64,000 nucleotides of DNA from Parcubacteria group bacterium Greene0416_36 (GCA_007375725.1 VMEV01000007.1:22895-86894); one strand, 5' to 3'. Numbered from the stretch's first letter, positions 35,097 to 45,715 are shown. Notes: generated by a model not told the origin, from the letters alone. Made by a program: numbers and translations.

Positions 35097-37385
35097 TTAT
35101 GGGATAACTTCAAAATCATCTTCTTTTTCTTTCTCAAGTCGGATGGTTTTTTGTGTGGATAAATCTGAAATGGAGTTGAGCTGGAGATGACTGTCCGAAA
35201 AAGTATAGAGAGTATTTTCGATATAGAGGGACCTGCGGATGGCTGGATTCTGCACATAATCCGGCATAATCATCCGCTTTTCCATTACGCCCATCGGAAT
35301 AGGCCCCGGAAAAAAATTGGAAATTTTTGGGTGAGTTACTTTGCCTTTGAGGGTGAGTCCCAGCTCGCTGATATCCACGGCGACCGCTCCTTGAAACGTC
35401 ATATTCCCCCACTGATTGGCTCCCATTTTTTCATAAATCGACACCGGAACCACGATCAATTTTTTCTCGGGAGAAAATAAAAATGCTTTGTGATCAGAGA
35501 GGGCTTCCGAATAACTCCCGCTGTCACCCAAAATCAAGTTATCAACCTCTCGAGGATTTGTGATATTGCGGACATCGAAAAGAGATAATTTGAGGCCTCC
35601 AGTTTTCACTCCCCCAAGCTCGCCCTCCTGGGCATCTTTGCCAAAGCCGATGAGATAATCTTTGCCCCAAGGATGCAGATAATTGGAAAATCCTGGGATC
35701 TTGAGTTTGCCCAAAACTTTTGGATTTCGAGGATCGGAAAGGTCAAGCGCAAAAAGAGGATCGGTTCTCTTGAACGTCACCATATACGCGCGGTCGCCCA
35801 TGAATCGGACGGAATAGATCTGCTCGTCCGGAGCTAGTTTCTCCACCGACCCCACCACCGACATATTGCTGTCCAAAACATACATATTGCTATAGGACTG
35901 GAACTCCACGCCCTGATCCTGCCATTGTCTCCACTGAGGAGAACGCGTCGTGGCAATGCGGAAATAACCATTATATTCATCCATGGAGAATTGATTGAGA
36001 ACATATCCCGATACCTCTCCGACTCCGGAATACTCTACCTTGCCCCCGCCAATGGCCACTTTGTGGATCACGGTTTTTTCCAATTCTTTCTGGATATCGG
36101 CATACTTGACTTTCATGCGCCGGTCCACCTCTTCGAACAAAATAATTTGTTCGGATTCCGGGAGACTCATTCGGTGACGCTCGACAATGGCGAAAACTTT
36201 TTGGCGCTTTTCCTCCGGAGATAATATCCCGTCCGATGTCGCGGCAATTTCATCCACGCGAGTCTTGGACTTGCCACTCAATTTCGGATAAATCACTTCC
36301 CTCCACACTTCCATTTCCAATTCATATTCGTTCAAGTATTTCGTATAAGCCAGGTATAAATTATTCTCGCTCACATACATATTTTGAGTATTGTCGAGCA
36401 AATACACATCCGAGTCGATTGATTCTGAATCCGACACCACTGGAATGGAGATAATGGAAGTGAATTGAGGCTGATGATAAGGAATGTCGAAATAAAACAT
36501 GTCCGGACAATTGCAGCCTTTCACTTGGGGATCAAAAGACAATTCCTGCTCGTCTTCCAAAATTCGAGGAAGAGGAACTGGGCCATCCAAAAGAGGATAA
36601 TAATATTGGCTAAGCACCATGTAAATATGGTCGCCGATCATGCGGGAACTATAATAATTTCCCTCCAGATCCCAAGTGCGGATTTGCTTGGGTGATTGGC
36701 GGAGCGAAATATCAAAAATTTTCACGAAGGTATAGCTGGTTCCCCGAGGAGCGATCATCCGAGTCTGGGTGGAATAAATTTCATTATTGACCCCAAAAAC
36801 CACCAAACGGTCTCCATGAATATAAATATCTTGCGGATAAGACTTGAATTCTATCTTGGATAATATTTTCGCGCCTTCCGCGGGATAAGCATCGATGATA
36901 AACAAATTATTTCCGGAAAGCGCGTAAATATATTTGCCGTCATTCTTGATGATATCCGCCTCATCCACGCCCTCCACCTGAACATTGGTAGTGGAATAGT
37001 CGCCATCTTCCGCATCGGACGGAGCGGGAGCGGCTTGCCCCACGGTAGCGGATTTATTCGCCGCCACCGGACCCGAACTCTCCGCCATAGAATCCATAGA
37101 AAAAATTCTCTCCATCCCACCGCGACCATAGAATCCGCTGGAACCCACGGATATTTTTTCATCCAAAAAATCACGAAGCTCATCGTAATTTTTGAATTTT
37201 TTAGCGACACTCTGATTTTTGAGTCCCGTTGCAATGTCTACTTTTCCATTTGAAATTTTGCCGGAATCAGATACCCACGGTCCCTTGGTCCCCGCATTAT
37301 CCATGGACAAAAAATACCCCGCGAGAATCACGCCCAGCACTCCCACCGCCAATAATCCTGCCAATAATTTTTGATCATTTTGCAT
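35097..37385 (-). CDS. secreted beta-propeller-domain protein (PF09826-like), N-terminally anchored
   Basis: 762 aa. TM or signal at LLAGLLAVGVLGVILAGYFL. VQVEGVDEADIIKNDGKYIYAL plus a long beta-rich C-terminus, as in the beta-propeller-domain secreted family. Separated from the upstream gene by only 6 nt. Confidence 0.55.
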   Translation of the reverse strand: MQNDQKLLAGLLAVGVLGVILAGYFLSMDNAGTKGPWVSDSGKISNGKVDIATGLKNQSVAKKFKNYDELRDFLDEKISVGSSGFYGRGGMERIFSMDSMAESSGPVAANKSATVGQAAPAPSDAEDGDYSTTNVQVEGVDEADIIKNDGKYIYALSGNNLFIIDAYPAEGAKILSKIEFKSYPQDIYIHGDRLVVFGVNNEIYSTQTRMIAPRGTSYTFVKIFDISLRQSPKQIRTWDLEGNYYSSRMIGDHIYMVLSQYYYPLLDGPVPLPRILEDEQELSFDPQVKGCNCPDMFYFDIPYHQPQFTSIISIPVVSDSESIDSDVYLLDNTQNMYVSENNLYLAYTKYLNEYELEMEVWREVIYPKLSGKSKTRVDEIAATSDGILSPEEKRQKVFAIVERHRMSLPESEQIILFEEVDRRMKVKYADIQKELEKTVIHKVAIGGGKVEYSGVGEVSGYVLNQFSMDEYNGYFRIATTRSPQWRQWQDQGVEFQSYSNMYVLDSNMSVVGSVEKLAPDEQIYSVRFMGDRAYMVTFKRTDPLFALDLSDPRNPKVLGKLKIPGFSNYLHPWGKDYLIGFGKDAQEGELGGVKTGGLKLSLFDVRNITNPREVDNLILGDSGSYSEALSDHKAFLFSPEKKLIVVPVSIYEKMGANQWGNMTFQGAVAVDISELGLTLKGKVTHPKISNFFPGPIPMGVMEKRMIMPDYVQNPAIRRSLYIENTLYTFSDSHLQLNSISDLSTQKTIRLEKEKEDDFEVIP

Positions 37386-37391
37386 AAAAAT

Positions 37392-38240
37392 CTATTTTTT
37401 AACCACTATTATATTCTTCTCAATTTTCGTGATCGGCTCTTCGTGCCCGCTGGGGTAGTCCTGAATCGCGCGAAATAGCACATCTGACTGATAACGAAAA
37501 TTTGCCCCCCGCTTCGTCCCGGGATCATTCGTGATGAATTCATCGCGCTCGGGATCATATCCGATAATAACGAGCATGTGTTCGAGCGGCCCCGGCGGAT
37601 TATAATAAGGATTGTCCAATATTTGACCATTGAGAGCCGTCGCAACCAGATTTCCTTTGTATAACTCATCAATAATATCTTGGATACTAACCCCTCCCAT
37701 CCAATAAATCTCCTGATAATCAAAATAGGCCTTGGCCCACATCACTGTATCCTGGGTCGAACTGTCCAGGTAAAATCCATAGTTCTTTTTTTCAAACTCA
37801 GACATATTCCAAATATCCCGCTGGCTCTCTTCGGGGGTAATTTTACCCTTGCCACTAGCCCACGCCATCGCCATCATGATCGAGGCCTCTTCGCACCCGC
37901 TCTGAAATACCGGCTCGCTCCACAGGCCAAACGGAGCCTGCACGGCAAATGGAACCGAATGCAAAATCATCTTTTTCGCTGGTGACGTTTCTGCCGAGGG
38001 AGCTTTCACGGAATCGACTATCTTTACGGGTTCTTTGGGAATCAAATCGGCCAAACTGTCAGAAAAAGGCGAAATCACTTTCTCTTCCTCCTCCTTTCGT
38101 GGATTTTTTAAAATTTCTTGAATCCCCACGGTCCGAGCCTCTTCCCTCAAAGGCTCATGGATGAATTGAGGACTCAAAAAATATAAAACCCCGATCGCAA
38201 TCGACACAATCAAAATGACAATAGACTGTTTTTTTCCCAT
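37392..38240 (-). CDS. membrane-anchored peptidase C39-like (BtrH/PF13529-like) domain protein
   Basis: N-terminal TM helix. PFAVQAPFGLWSEPVFQSGCEEASIMMAMAW includes the candidate catalytic Cys. C-terminal ...HMLVIIGYD... supplies the His of the dyad. Confidence 0.5.
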   Translation of the reverse strand: MGKKQSIVILIVSIAIGVLYFLSPQFIHEPLREEARTVGIQEILKNPRKEEEEKVISPFSDSLADLIPKEPVKIVDSVKAPSAETSPAKKMILHSVPFAVQAPFGLWSEPVFQSGCEEASIMMAMAWASGKGKITPEESQRDIWNMSEFEKKNYGFYLDSSTQDTVMWAKAYFDYQEIYWMGGVSIQDIIDELYKGNLVATALNGQILDNPYYNPPGPLEHMLVIIGYDPERDEFITNDPGTKRGANFRYQSDVLFRAIQDYPSGHEEPITKIEKNIIVVKK

Positions 38241-38244
38241 AAAA

Positions 38245-38901
38245 TCACCGGCTTAATCTCAGTAAATCCAACCAAAAAGAAGAAGGCATGTCTCCACAGT
38301 TCTCAGGGGCTGATGTCCCCCGATGCGAGCATGTGCCGGACTGAACACACGCCTCGGAGGTCAGGAATAATCCGCTTTCTAAGGCCAAACGGTCTTCTGA
38401 CAATCTAAAATCAGAAAGAACTGAGCCGTATGAAAAAAGAACACGGTCCAAATCACGGATCTCTTGAGCCCAGAGATCTTCCACAAACTTGCCATTCTTC
38501 CAGCCCGACCAAGCCGAGGTTCCGTTATTTAAATACGATGCTCCATCACGAAAAGTAACACCCTTATCCTCCACTAAAATTCCCTGAGTGATGAAAAAAT
38601 CTTTCCACGATAAACCGGCCCGATGGGCATGGGCCACATTTCCATCTCCGTTATGAAGATGGATAACATCTGATAAAGACAGCTCATCTTCTTCATGAGT
38701 ATCTCCGCAAGGCTTCACGCTCATCATGCCAATCTTGCCAAAATCAACCTTCTCGCCGTCAATCACGACCGCGAAATCGGCATGTTCGTGAAAATCCGCT
38801 TGCTGATGGCCCCATTCGGAACGAACTCCCCGAACCACAGCCGCCGCGCCCAAACAAACACCGGCTAAAAATAAAACAAGATATAAAAATTTGGTTTTCA
38901 T
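38245..38901 (-). CDS. secreted hypothetical protein
   Basis: Signal peptide MKTKFLYLVLFLAGVCLGAAA. His-rich region (HQQADFHEHADF...HLHNGDGNVAHAH). Separated from the downstream gene by only 4 nt. Confidence 0.5.
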   Translation of the reverse strand: MKTKFLYLVLFLAGVCLGAAAVVRGVRSEWGHQQADFHEHADFAVVIDGEKVDFGKIGMMSVKPCGDTHEEDELSLSDVIHLHNGDGNVAHAHRAGLSWKDFFITQGILVEDKGVTFRDGASYLNNGTSAWSGWKNGKFVEDLWAQEIRDLDRVLFSYGSVLSDFRLSEDRLALESGLFLTSEACVQSGTCSHRGTSAPENCGDMPSSFWLDLLRLSR

Positions 38902-38984
38902 AAAAATCTCTATTTAATATTTATTGTAAGATGAATCCCGAATGAAAAAAAGGGCGATATAATGTCACCCTTTTTCATAAAAAC

Positions 38985-40859
38985 TTATTTGGATTTTGAA
39001 ATATAACTCTTCAATCCTCCCCTCTTGCATCCCAATTTTTCGGCCTTTTCAAAATAGATAAAAGCCTCCCTCTTATTGCCTTGATAGAAATAAGAAATCC
39101 CCTTCAAGAAAAAACAATCCGAGATATAAGGCTTACAAAGAATATCACTTCCATGCTTATGCAATATAGAATCTAAAATAACATGAGCGTCATTAAATTT
39201 CTCAAGCCAGATAAAAAATAACCCCGTATACAAATCAGACAGAACGCTCATTTTCTTTTCTGATTGTTTCAAAAAGCCAAGGGCATTATTCTCACATGTT
39301 TTGGCCTCTTTTTGCGCACCTTCTTTCTTACTTATCTCATCTTTCAACTGCGCGATCAAAGCCACATTTACTTGGTTCTTCTTATTGAGCTCCAGCAAGA
39401 CTTTCCCTTTCGCCAAGACTTCTTTCTCCGCTTGAATTCTCGCTTTCTCAGCAATCTCGCGATATTTCACTTCTTCCATCCTCGAATTCTCTGCCTGTTT
39501 CCGTGCCAATCGAGCTTCTTCCAAAGCGACGAAGGTTTTCCTGACTTCATCCTCAGCTCTTTGTTGTTCTTGCTCGGCTAAGGATTGGCTTTTCATGGCT
39601 AAATCTCTCGATGACATGGCGCTGCTTCTTTGGGATAAAGCTTCTGTTTTCGCTTCCATGGCGGTTTGTCTTTCTTCTTCCGCCAGCAGTAGCGCCTGTT
39701 GCAAAGATTGTTCCGCTGACTGGGCACGAGATTTTTCCGTATTCAAACGAACCAAGAAATACGAACCTGCCCCTAAAATGAAGATAGATAAAAACAAAAT
39801 AAACCGAGCTAAAATAGGACTTTTTCGAAACCCGCGATCCATTTTTTCATAAACCAGACGTATCAGAGTTTTTGGAGAAGCGACCACGGTTTCCCCGGAA
39901 AGGTAACGTTCCAAATCCTGCTCGAATTCTTTGGCGGTTTGGTAGCGTAATGCCGGATTTTTCTCCATCGCTTTCCTACAGATATTTTCCAAATCTTTCG
40001 GAACATGAGGATTCAAATCGCTCGATTTTTTTGGACTTGCCTCCAAAATCTGAACAAAAAGCTCAACCGTACTGTTTCCAGCAAAAGGACACGTTCCACA
40101 GATAAGTTCGTACAAAGTGGCTCCCACGGAATAAATATCTGCTCGGCAGTCAACTCCTGAACTGTTGCTCACCTGTTCCGGAGACATATATAAAGGAGTC
40201 CCCATGATATAGCCCGCTGCAGTCAGCCTTTGCTTTGCCTTCTCATCTTTTGCGAGTCCGAAATCCATCAATTTGGGCACACCCTGTTTCGTCAACATTA
40301 TATTGGCGGGTTTTATATCGCGATGAATAACGCCATTGATATGCGCGTAATGCAAGGCATCCAAAACTCCCACAATCCAGTGAACTCTTTGATTAATTGC
40401 TTGTACATCAAGCCGAATAGCGGAATTACTCATTTCCGCAAGATTTTTCCCTTCAATATATTCCATGGCGATAAATAAATTATCATCGCTTTCTTTGCAG
40501 GAATATACCCCGACAATATTCGGATGCTGAAGCCTGGCTAAAAATTGCGCTTCTTTTTTGAGCCGAGCGACATCTTCAGGCGAACAATCTTTCATCGAAA
40601 GAAGCATTTTTAAAGCCACTACTCGATCTAAACTCGGATCCAAAGCCTTATAAATGGTGCCCATGCCGCCTTGCCCAATCTTTTTGACATCCTTAAATCC
40701 AAAAAATAAATTCTGAATCTGCTGTGTCTTTCCCTGAATAAATGAATCAGTTTCTCCGGGCTTCGTATCCGAAGCCGAATCCTCCCGATATTTCCCGCCG
40801 ACAATGAGAATTGTTTCTTGCCCGGCTGATTGTACTTCCGATTTCTTATTTTGTTTCAC
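38985..40859 (-). CDS. Hanks-type Ser/Thr protein kinase with coiled-coil, one TM helix and a C-terminal TPR-like region
   Basis: Kinase motifs HRDIKPANIM, DFGLAK and YMSPEQ. A long charged coiled-coil, then the TM segment YFLVRL...GAGSYF. Confidence 0.85.
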   Translation of the reverse strand: MKQNKKSEVQSAGQETILIVGGKYREDSASDTKPGETDSFIQGKTQQIQNLFFGFKDVKKIGQGGMGTIYKALDPSLDRVVALKMLLSMKDCSPEDVARLKKEAQFLARLQHPNIVGVYSCKESDDNLFIAMEYIEGKNLAEMSNSAIRLDVQAINQRVHWIVGVLDALHYAHINGVIHRDIKPANIMLTKQGVPKLMDFGLAKDEKAKQRLTAAGYIMGTPLYMSPEQVSNSSGVDCRADIYSVGATLYELICGTCPFAGNSTVELFVQILEASPKKSSDLNPHVPKDLENICRKAMEKNPALRYQTAKEFEQDLERYLSGETVVASPKTLIRLVYEKMDRGFRKSPILARFILFLSIFILGAGSYFLVRLNTEKSRAQSAEQSLQQALLLAEEERQTAMEAKTEALSQRSSAMSSRDLAMKSQSLAEQEQQRAEDEVRKTFVALEEARLARKQAENSRMEEVKYREIAEKARIQAEKEVLAKGKVLLELNKKNQVNVALIAQLKDEISKKEGAQKEAKTCENNALGFLKQSEKKMSVLSDLYTGLFFIWLEKFNDAHVILDSILHKHGSDILCKPYISDCFFLKGISYFYQGNKREAFIYFEKAEKLGCKRGGLKSYISKSK

Positions 40860-40963
40860 GCTGAAACTCCTTGCATATGTGAAAAGAACTCGTCTATTTG
40901 CGCCATTTCACACGAAATGACTAGACTCAAATTTATAGCTGGTTTTCTTCAAAAAAGCAATGA

Positions 40964-41986
40964 TCACTCCCGCCCCATCCCCTCCCCAATCGCCTCCCAA
41001 ATCTCGGGATGTCCATTTTCTTTGGCCCAATAAGCCCATTCCATGCCCCAGAGATAGACGGGAGACGCTCCGGATTTTGAAGCAAAATCCATGCGGGAAC
41101 GAATAAAAATCTCATTGGATAAAGAGAGCTGTTCTTGGGTGGAAGTTTCCGAAATCGATTTGGTAAACCACGGCTCGATTTGAAGCTCGGAAGCGAAAAT
41201 ATTTTTCCCGAATAAGCTTTTGAACAAAGAAATACGGTCTTTGTAAAACCAAACCGGAAAAGGATAATGCACGTATCCCCACCTAGGATTCGCGGTTACA
41301 AAATATTCATTGATCCCCACCTCATCGCCAAAAATTCCGGCTAAAAACCACAGAGAAAATTCTCCCGTGTCGGTGACAAATACTTTTCTGGAAGAATCCA
41401 AGGTGCGAACTAAAGAGATCTCGTCGGACAAATTGCCGAGAGAATAATAATTCTTGCAGTCGCCAAACGGAAAAAACGGCTCATTCTCCACCTGCCAGGC
41501 AAAGACAGCCGGGTTATCCCGATACCGCTCCACCGTCGCCGCGACATAAGCCATGACCGAGGCCTGCATTTCCTTCTTGGATAGCGGTCGGGCCCACTCC
41601 GGCTCCTGACACTCCGGCCAACGAGGGAGCTTCCTCCCCACCGCGAGCAAAACCTTCCGCCCCTTCATCCCAGCCTCATTCACCAGCCAATCCAGCCGTG
41701 AGAAATCGAACACTCCCGGCTCCGGTTCCACTAGATCCCAAGTCGCCGAGAGACGCACATACTCCAGATCCGGAAAATCCTCCAGCATCGCCAAATAACC
41801 GGATTGCCAATCAATCCCGATCTCATCGGCATACTTCTCGGAAAAATTAAAACCCCATCTCGTCTCCGGATTAACCTCAAGATTTTTTCGAAATATAAAA
41901 GACCCCACGAACCACATCGTGATTACCGTAACAAAAAATAATAAGATACCAAGAATGAAGAAACGAAGACGCATAGACGGTGTCAC
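40964..41986 (-). CDS. membrane-anchored glycoside hydrolase, clan GH-A-like (GH5/GH113/DUF4038-like)
   Basis: N-terminal TM helix. The WQVENEP acid/base NEP motif and an aromatic-rich TIM-barrel-like sequence. Confidence 0.45.
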   Translation of the reverse strand: MTPSMRLRFFILGILLFFVTVITMWFVGSFIFRKNLEVNPETRWGFNFSEKYADEIGIDWQSGYLAMLEDFPDLEYVRLSATWDLVEPEPGVFDFSRLDWLVNEAGMKGRKVLLAVGRKLPRWPECQEPEWARPLSKKEMQASVMAYVAATVERYRDNPAVFAWQVENEPFFPFGDCKNYYSLGNLSDEISLVRTLDSSRKVFVTDTGEFSLWFLAGIFGDEVGINEYFVTANPRWGYVHYPFPVWFYKDRISLFKSLFGKNIFASELQIEPWFTKSISETSTQEQLSLSNEIFIRSRMDFASKSGASPVYLWGMEWAYWAKENGHPEIWEAIGEGMGRE

Positions 41987-42007
41987 TTTCTGCTATAATT
42001 ATCCCAT

Positions 42008-43315
42008 ATGAACACCAAAACAAAAAATACAGGGGCTGCCTGGATCATTTCGGCCTCTATGGGTTATGGACATGAAAGAACCGCGCATAATCTGCGGCAC
42101 TTAGCGCCCGACCAGGCGATTATCAATGCCAATGACTATCCCGATATCCCCGAATCCGACGCGCAGAAATGGACCAATGACCGGAGAGGTTATGAAGCCA
42201 TTTCTCGAATAAAAAAAATCCCCCTTGTGGGAGACGCCATCTTCGGGAGCATGGACCATCTCCAAAAAATCGACACCTTCTACCCGCAGAGGGACCAAAG
42301 CGCGCCCAATCTCATACTACGACACATCTACCATCGTCTCTACGGCGGATGGAACAAAGCCCTGATTCAGAAACTCTCGAATAATCCCCTGCCCATGATC
42401 TGCACCTTTTTTACTCCCGCCTTTGCCGCGGAGGTATGGAAGTATCCGGGCGATATTTACTGCATCGTGACGGATTCGGACATGGCCCGCCACTGGGTCC
42501 CCCTCGAGCCCATTACCAGCCGTATCCAGTATCTCGCCCCCACCGACCGAGTCGCCGAAAGACTCCGGCTCTATGGAGTACAGGAAAAAAATATCCACCT
42601 CGTGGGTTACCCCTTGCCCCAAGATAATATTGGGGGGAAAAGTGAAAAAAGCCTCAAGCGAGACCTAGGCTCGAGATTATTCAACCTCGACCCCGAACAA
42701 GCCTTCCTCTCCAAATACCAGCACACTCTCCGATTCCACATCGGGGAGCAGTATCTTTTTAATCCGCCGGCACGGCCCATGACCATTCTCTATTCCGTCG
42801 GCGGCGCGGGCGCACAAAAAGAAATGGGACTCCAAATTGCAAAATCCTTAGAAGCAGATATCAAAGCCGGAAAAATCCAGCTCGTTCTCTCCGCAGGAAA
42901 TCGAAAAGAGATTGCCGAGTATTACCACGACAACCTCAAACACATGTCTTTCTATTCCCATTTGGGGCGGCACATCCACATCCTCTACCACGAATCCAAA
43001 CACGAATACTTCACCCTCTTCAATGAGTGGATGAGAAAAGTCGATATCCTCTGGACCAAGCCCTCCGAACTCTCTTTTTATGCCGGCCTCGGCATTCCCA
43101 TCCTCATGGCCCCCTCTCTCGGCACCCAAGAAGACGCCAACCGCAGATGGTTGAAAGCCATTGGAGCGGGCATCACCCCCGAAGACGTCCAGTACACCCA
43201 CCTCTGGCTCTGGGACTGGCTCCGCGCCGGCTACCTCGCCAAAGCCGCATTTGAAGGGTTCCTCTACGCCCCGAAGATGGGGGTTTATGAGATAGAGAAG
43301 ATGATTCAGAAGTAA
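42008..43315 (+). CDS. glycosyltransferase, GT28 / MGDG-synthase-like
   Basis: The N-terminus AWIISASMGYGHERTAHNL resembles the G-x-G-H motif of MGDG synthase/MurG-like GT-B enzymes. C-terminal LYSVGGAGAQKE...VLSAGNRKE. Confidence 0.45.
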   Translation: MNTKTKNTGAAWIISASMGYGHERTAHNLRHLAPDQAIINANDYPDIPESDAQKWTNDRRGYEAISRIKKIPLVGDAIFGSMDHLQKIDTFYPQRDQSAPNLILRHIYHRLYGGWNKALIQKLSNNPLPMICTFFTPAFAAEVWKYPGDIYCIVTDSDMARHWVPLEPITSRIQYLAPTDRVAERLRLYGVQEKNIHLVGYPLPQDNIGGKSEKSLKRDLGSRLFNLDPEQAFLSKYQHTLRFHIGEQYLFNPPARPMTILYSVGGAGAQKEMGLQIAKSLEADIKAGKIQLVLSAGNRKEIAEYYHDNLKHMSFYSHLGRHIHILYHESKHEYFTLFNEWMRKVDILWTKPSELSFYAGLGIPILMAPSLGTQEDANRRWLKAIGAGITPEDVQYTHLWLWDWLRAGYLAKAAFEGFLYAPKMGVYEIEKMIQK

Positions 43316-43346
43316 AGAGGCCAAGAAAAAATTTTATTAATGGATT

Positions 43347-44525
43347 CTACAAATCCATGGCCAAAATCAAATCAGTAGTCGTAGAATGTTCGCGACTTAT
43401 CACATAAAATTTTTCAATCCGCAATGGCTTCGATAAAAAAGCTAGATTTTTTTGGTCTCGAAAATCAGCTCGAACTTTTACTTCAAAAGCAAATTTTTTA
43501 TTTAGAATGAAATCAATTTCTTTTTTCCCTTTCGTATAATAAGCCAATTCACCATAAGGCTTCAATTGATTATACACGCTATTTTCCAGAAGAATTCCTG
43601 GATCGGGCTGATATAAATGACCTAAAAGGCCATTATCGCAAAAATAAACTTTTTTGGCTCCGCGTATTACGCGATCCATATTGTGAGAAAAAGAAGGCAA
43701 AAGAAAGACAAAGTAAGTCTCCTTCAAAAAATAAATATATTCATAAATAGTCTGGCGACTCACCCCCAACTCCTTGGCTAACTTTGAGACATCGAGCCGT
43801 GAGCCAACCCTCGAGGCCAATAAAGCAATGAGATCTCGAAACACGGCAATTTTTTTAAAATCGGTCAGGGAGCGAACATCTTTTTCGAAATAAGATGTAA
43901 AAATTTCACCTAAAATCTGTTTTTTTCGCTCAATAACAGACTCCAGTACAACCTGAGGAAATCCGCCATAAGAGAGATATTCTTCATATATGCCACGATA
44001 TTGCTCGAGAATAAAATCGCTTCCATTTTTAACTTTGTCATCAAAATTGCTATGAAAAATCTTTTCACGCCCCCTGAATATTAAAAATTCATTGAAAGTA
44101 AGAGGAAAAAGTTCATACACCATTTTCCTGCCAGCCAAGGATTCCGGAAATAAATTTTTCAAATAAAATGAAGCCGAACCCGTTACAAAAAACTTGATTT
44201 TATAATGATCATGAAGATATTTAATTGCCCTAACAATGCTCGGCATGACCTGAATTTCATCTAAAAAAAGAAACATCCGCTCCTCAGGGAGAAGGCCCAG
44301 ACTGCGCAAATTAGATAGAATATTATCAAAATTCGTTTCCTCAAAAAATTTCTGGTTTAAAGGATTTTCCAAGTCTAAAAAAACCTTATTTTTACTCTCT
44401 ATTTTATCAAAAACAGCTCGCAATAAAGTGGTTTTGCCCGATCGCCTCATCCCGGTAAGAACAATGATATAATCGCTTGTTATTTCTTTTTCCAATTGGG
44501 GCTGTAAATTTCGTGTAAAAATCAT
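43347..44525 (-). CDS. AAA-family ATPase with a DUF4143 C-terminal domain
   Basis: Walker A GMRRSGKTTLL, Walker B LFLDEIQ. C-terminal region typical of the PF13173 + DUF4143 ATP-binding proteins. Confidence 0.8.
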   Translation of the reverse strand: MIFTRNLQPQLEKEITSDYIIVLTGMRRSGKTTLLRAVFDKIESKNKVFLDLENPLNQKFFEETNFDNILSNLRSLGLLPEERMFLFLDEIQVMPSIVRAIKYLHDHYKIKFFVTGSASFYLKNLFPESLAGRKMVYELFPLTFNEFLIFRGREKIFHSNFDDKVKNGSDFILEQYRGIYEEYLSYGGFPQVVLESVIERKKQILGEIFTSYFEKDVRSLTDFKKIAVFRDLIALLASRVGSRLDVSKLAKELGVSRQTIYEYIYFLKETYFVFLLPSFSHNMDRVIRGAKKVYFCDNGLLGHLYQPDPGILLENSVYNQLKPYGELAYYTKGKKEIDFILNKKFAFEVKVRADFRDQKNLAFLSKPLRIEKFYVISREHSTTTDLILAMDL

Positions 44526-44610
44526 ATTTTTTTCTCAATTTAAACAGTTTATCTAGATAGAGCTTACATAAAATACTGTTTTATGTCCAGTAGCACTAGA
44601 CAGATTGAGC

Positions 44611-44632
44611 TATTCCCCCTTGTCAAAAGGAG
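44611..44632. repeat. degenerate inverted copy (D) of the GC-rich hairpin repeat
   Basis: TATTCCCCCTTGTCAAAAGGAG, with the loop in the opposite orientation and a decayed right arm. Followed at 44655-44682 by GAGGCGAAGGCGGAAGGAGGATTTGTTG, which matches the end of the copy-A composite element (GAGCGAAGAGGGAGGGAGGATTTGTGG). Confidence 0.4.
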
Positions 44633-44841
44633 ACTACGTGTCTGCCATAACCTTTGAGGCGAAGGCGGAAGGAGGATTTGTTGTTAAGCTATTTTCAAAA
44701 GGCTTTTAATTGATAATGGCTTATTTAAATTTGGTATTACAATTCTGCCAGCCAGATTTTATATACAAAAAACCCTTGGATTTCCAAGGGTCAAAGTTCC
44801 AAAGAGACAAAGCGTCTAAACAACCTTTCAAAAAGACCAAG

Positions 44842-45513
44842 TTACAGTTGCGGAAAAATGAAGCGATGTACACTGCTTCCGCGCCATACAAGGTCATACC
44901 CGAACTCGTAGACGTTCACAAACAAAGCACCATCCGAGCTCCCACGCACGCGCACGACGAAGAATTTTTCTTTCTCTTTTATGAGAAAAAAAAGTCCTTC
45001 TGGATTTGAAAGAAGTCTTCGATTTCCCCTCACAAATTCCGGAATCTGTGCTTGGGTGGAACACAGACAATCTTTATCTTTGTTGAAACTAGCAAAAATC
45101 TGATCAAAGGTCCCATCCTTAACTAGTTTTCCCACACAGAATTTCGCCTTTTCAGTGGCAACCGAGGGTTGGTTAAGTTTCCATTCTTCAAAACAAGAAT
45201 CGATCCTTTGAAACACCTCGCGAGATTCGAGGATTATCTTCTTTCCATCGCAAGCTGGGATAACAATACCCCTCTCTATTACTTCGATGAATTCGGAAAT
45301 CTTTTGCGATTTCGTATCCTTCTTTTCAGGGATCATGAGATCAAAGGCATTAGCAAGTATTCCTTCCAAAGCCTTCTCTCCTTTTTCCAACACTACGATT
45401 GCCTCTTGAAAGGACATCTCTTTCATTTTTTGAGGTACTGCTCTTTGGATAATCGAGCTTATTTTGTCCAAAAATTGATCTCCCTCACAGACTTTCCAAT
45501 TATCATTTATCAT
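44842..45513 (-). CDS. hypothetical protein
   Basis: 223 aa with no signal peptide and no recognised motif. Confidence 0.45.
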   Translation of the reverse strand: MINDNWKVCEGDQFLDKISSIIQRAVPQKMKEMSFQEAIVVLEKGEKALEGILANAFDLMIPEKKDTKSQKISEFIEVIERGIVIPACDGKKIILESREVFQRIDSCFEEWKLNQPSVATEKAKFCVGKLVKDGTFDQIFASFNKDKDCLCSTQAQIPEFVRGNRRLLSNPEGLFFLIKEKEKFFVVRVRGSSDGALFVNVYEFGYDLVWRGSSVHRFIFPQL

Positions 45514-45669
45514 GACCGTTGTCGCTTTCTTTTATTCTGAACCCAAAATACACGCAAACACAATATACTGGATGTATTTTTGGCTTCGATATATTAAAAA
45601 ATAACTGTCAAATATATACCACACCACAACGTAGATGTCAAATAAAATCCCAGTATTCCCCTAAGCTTA

Positions 45670-45715
45670 GCTAAAATCGTAAGGGCGTATTGCAATACGC
45701 CCTTACGATTTTAGC
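45670..45715. repeat. 46-nt perfect palindrome of the GTAAGGGC family (GCTAAAATCGTAAGGGCGTATTGCAATACGCCCTTACGATTTTAGC) inside a divergent promoter region
   Basis: Same GTAAGGGCGTATTGCAATACGCCCTTAC core as the terminators at 12312 and 47044, but with different, again perfectly complementary, flanks. Confidence 0.7.

Noticed and set aside
9337-44632. CRISPR array interpretation of the GC-rich hairpin repeats
   Set aside because: The copies are tens of kilobases apart, not regularly spaced with unique spacers. No cas genes are in the window.
43347-45513. The AAA-ATPase (DUF4143) plus downstream hypothetical gene as a defence system
   Set aside because: DUF4143 ATPases commonly occur alone. No nuclease, methylase or other effector domain is recognisable in the neighbour. 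The two genes are separated by 316 nt containing a repeat, so they are not obviously an operon.
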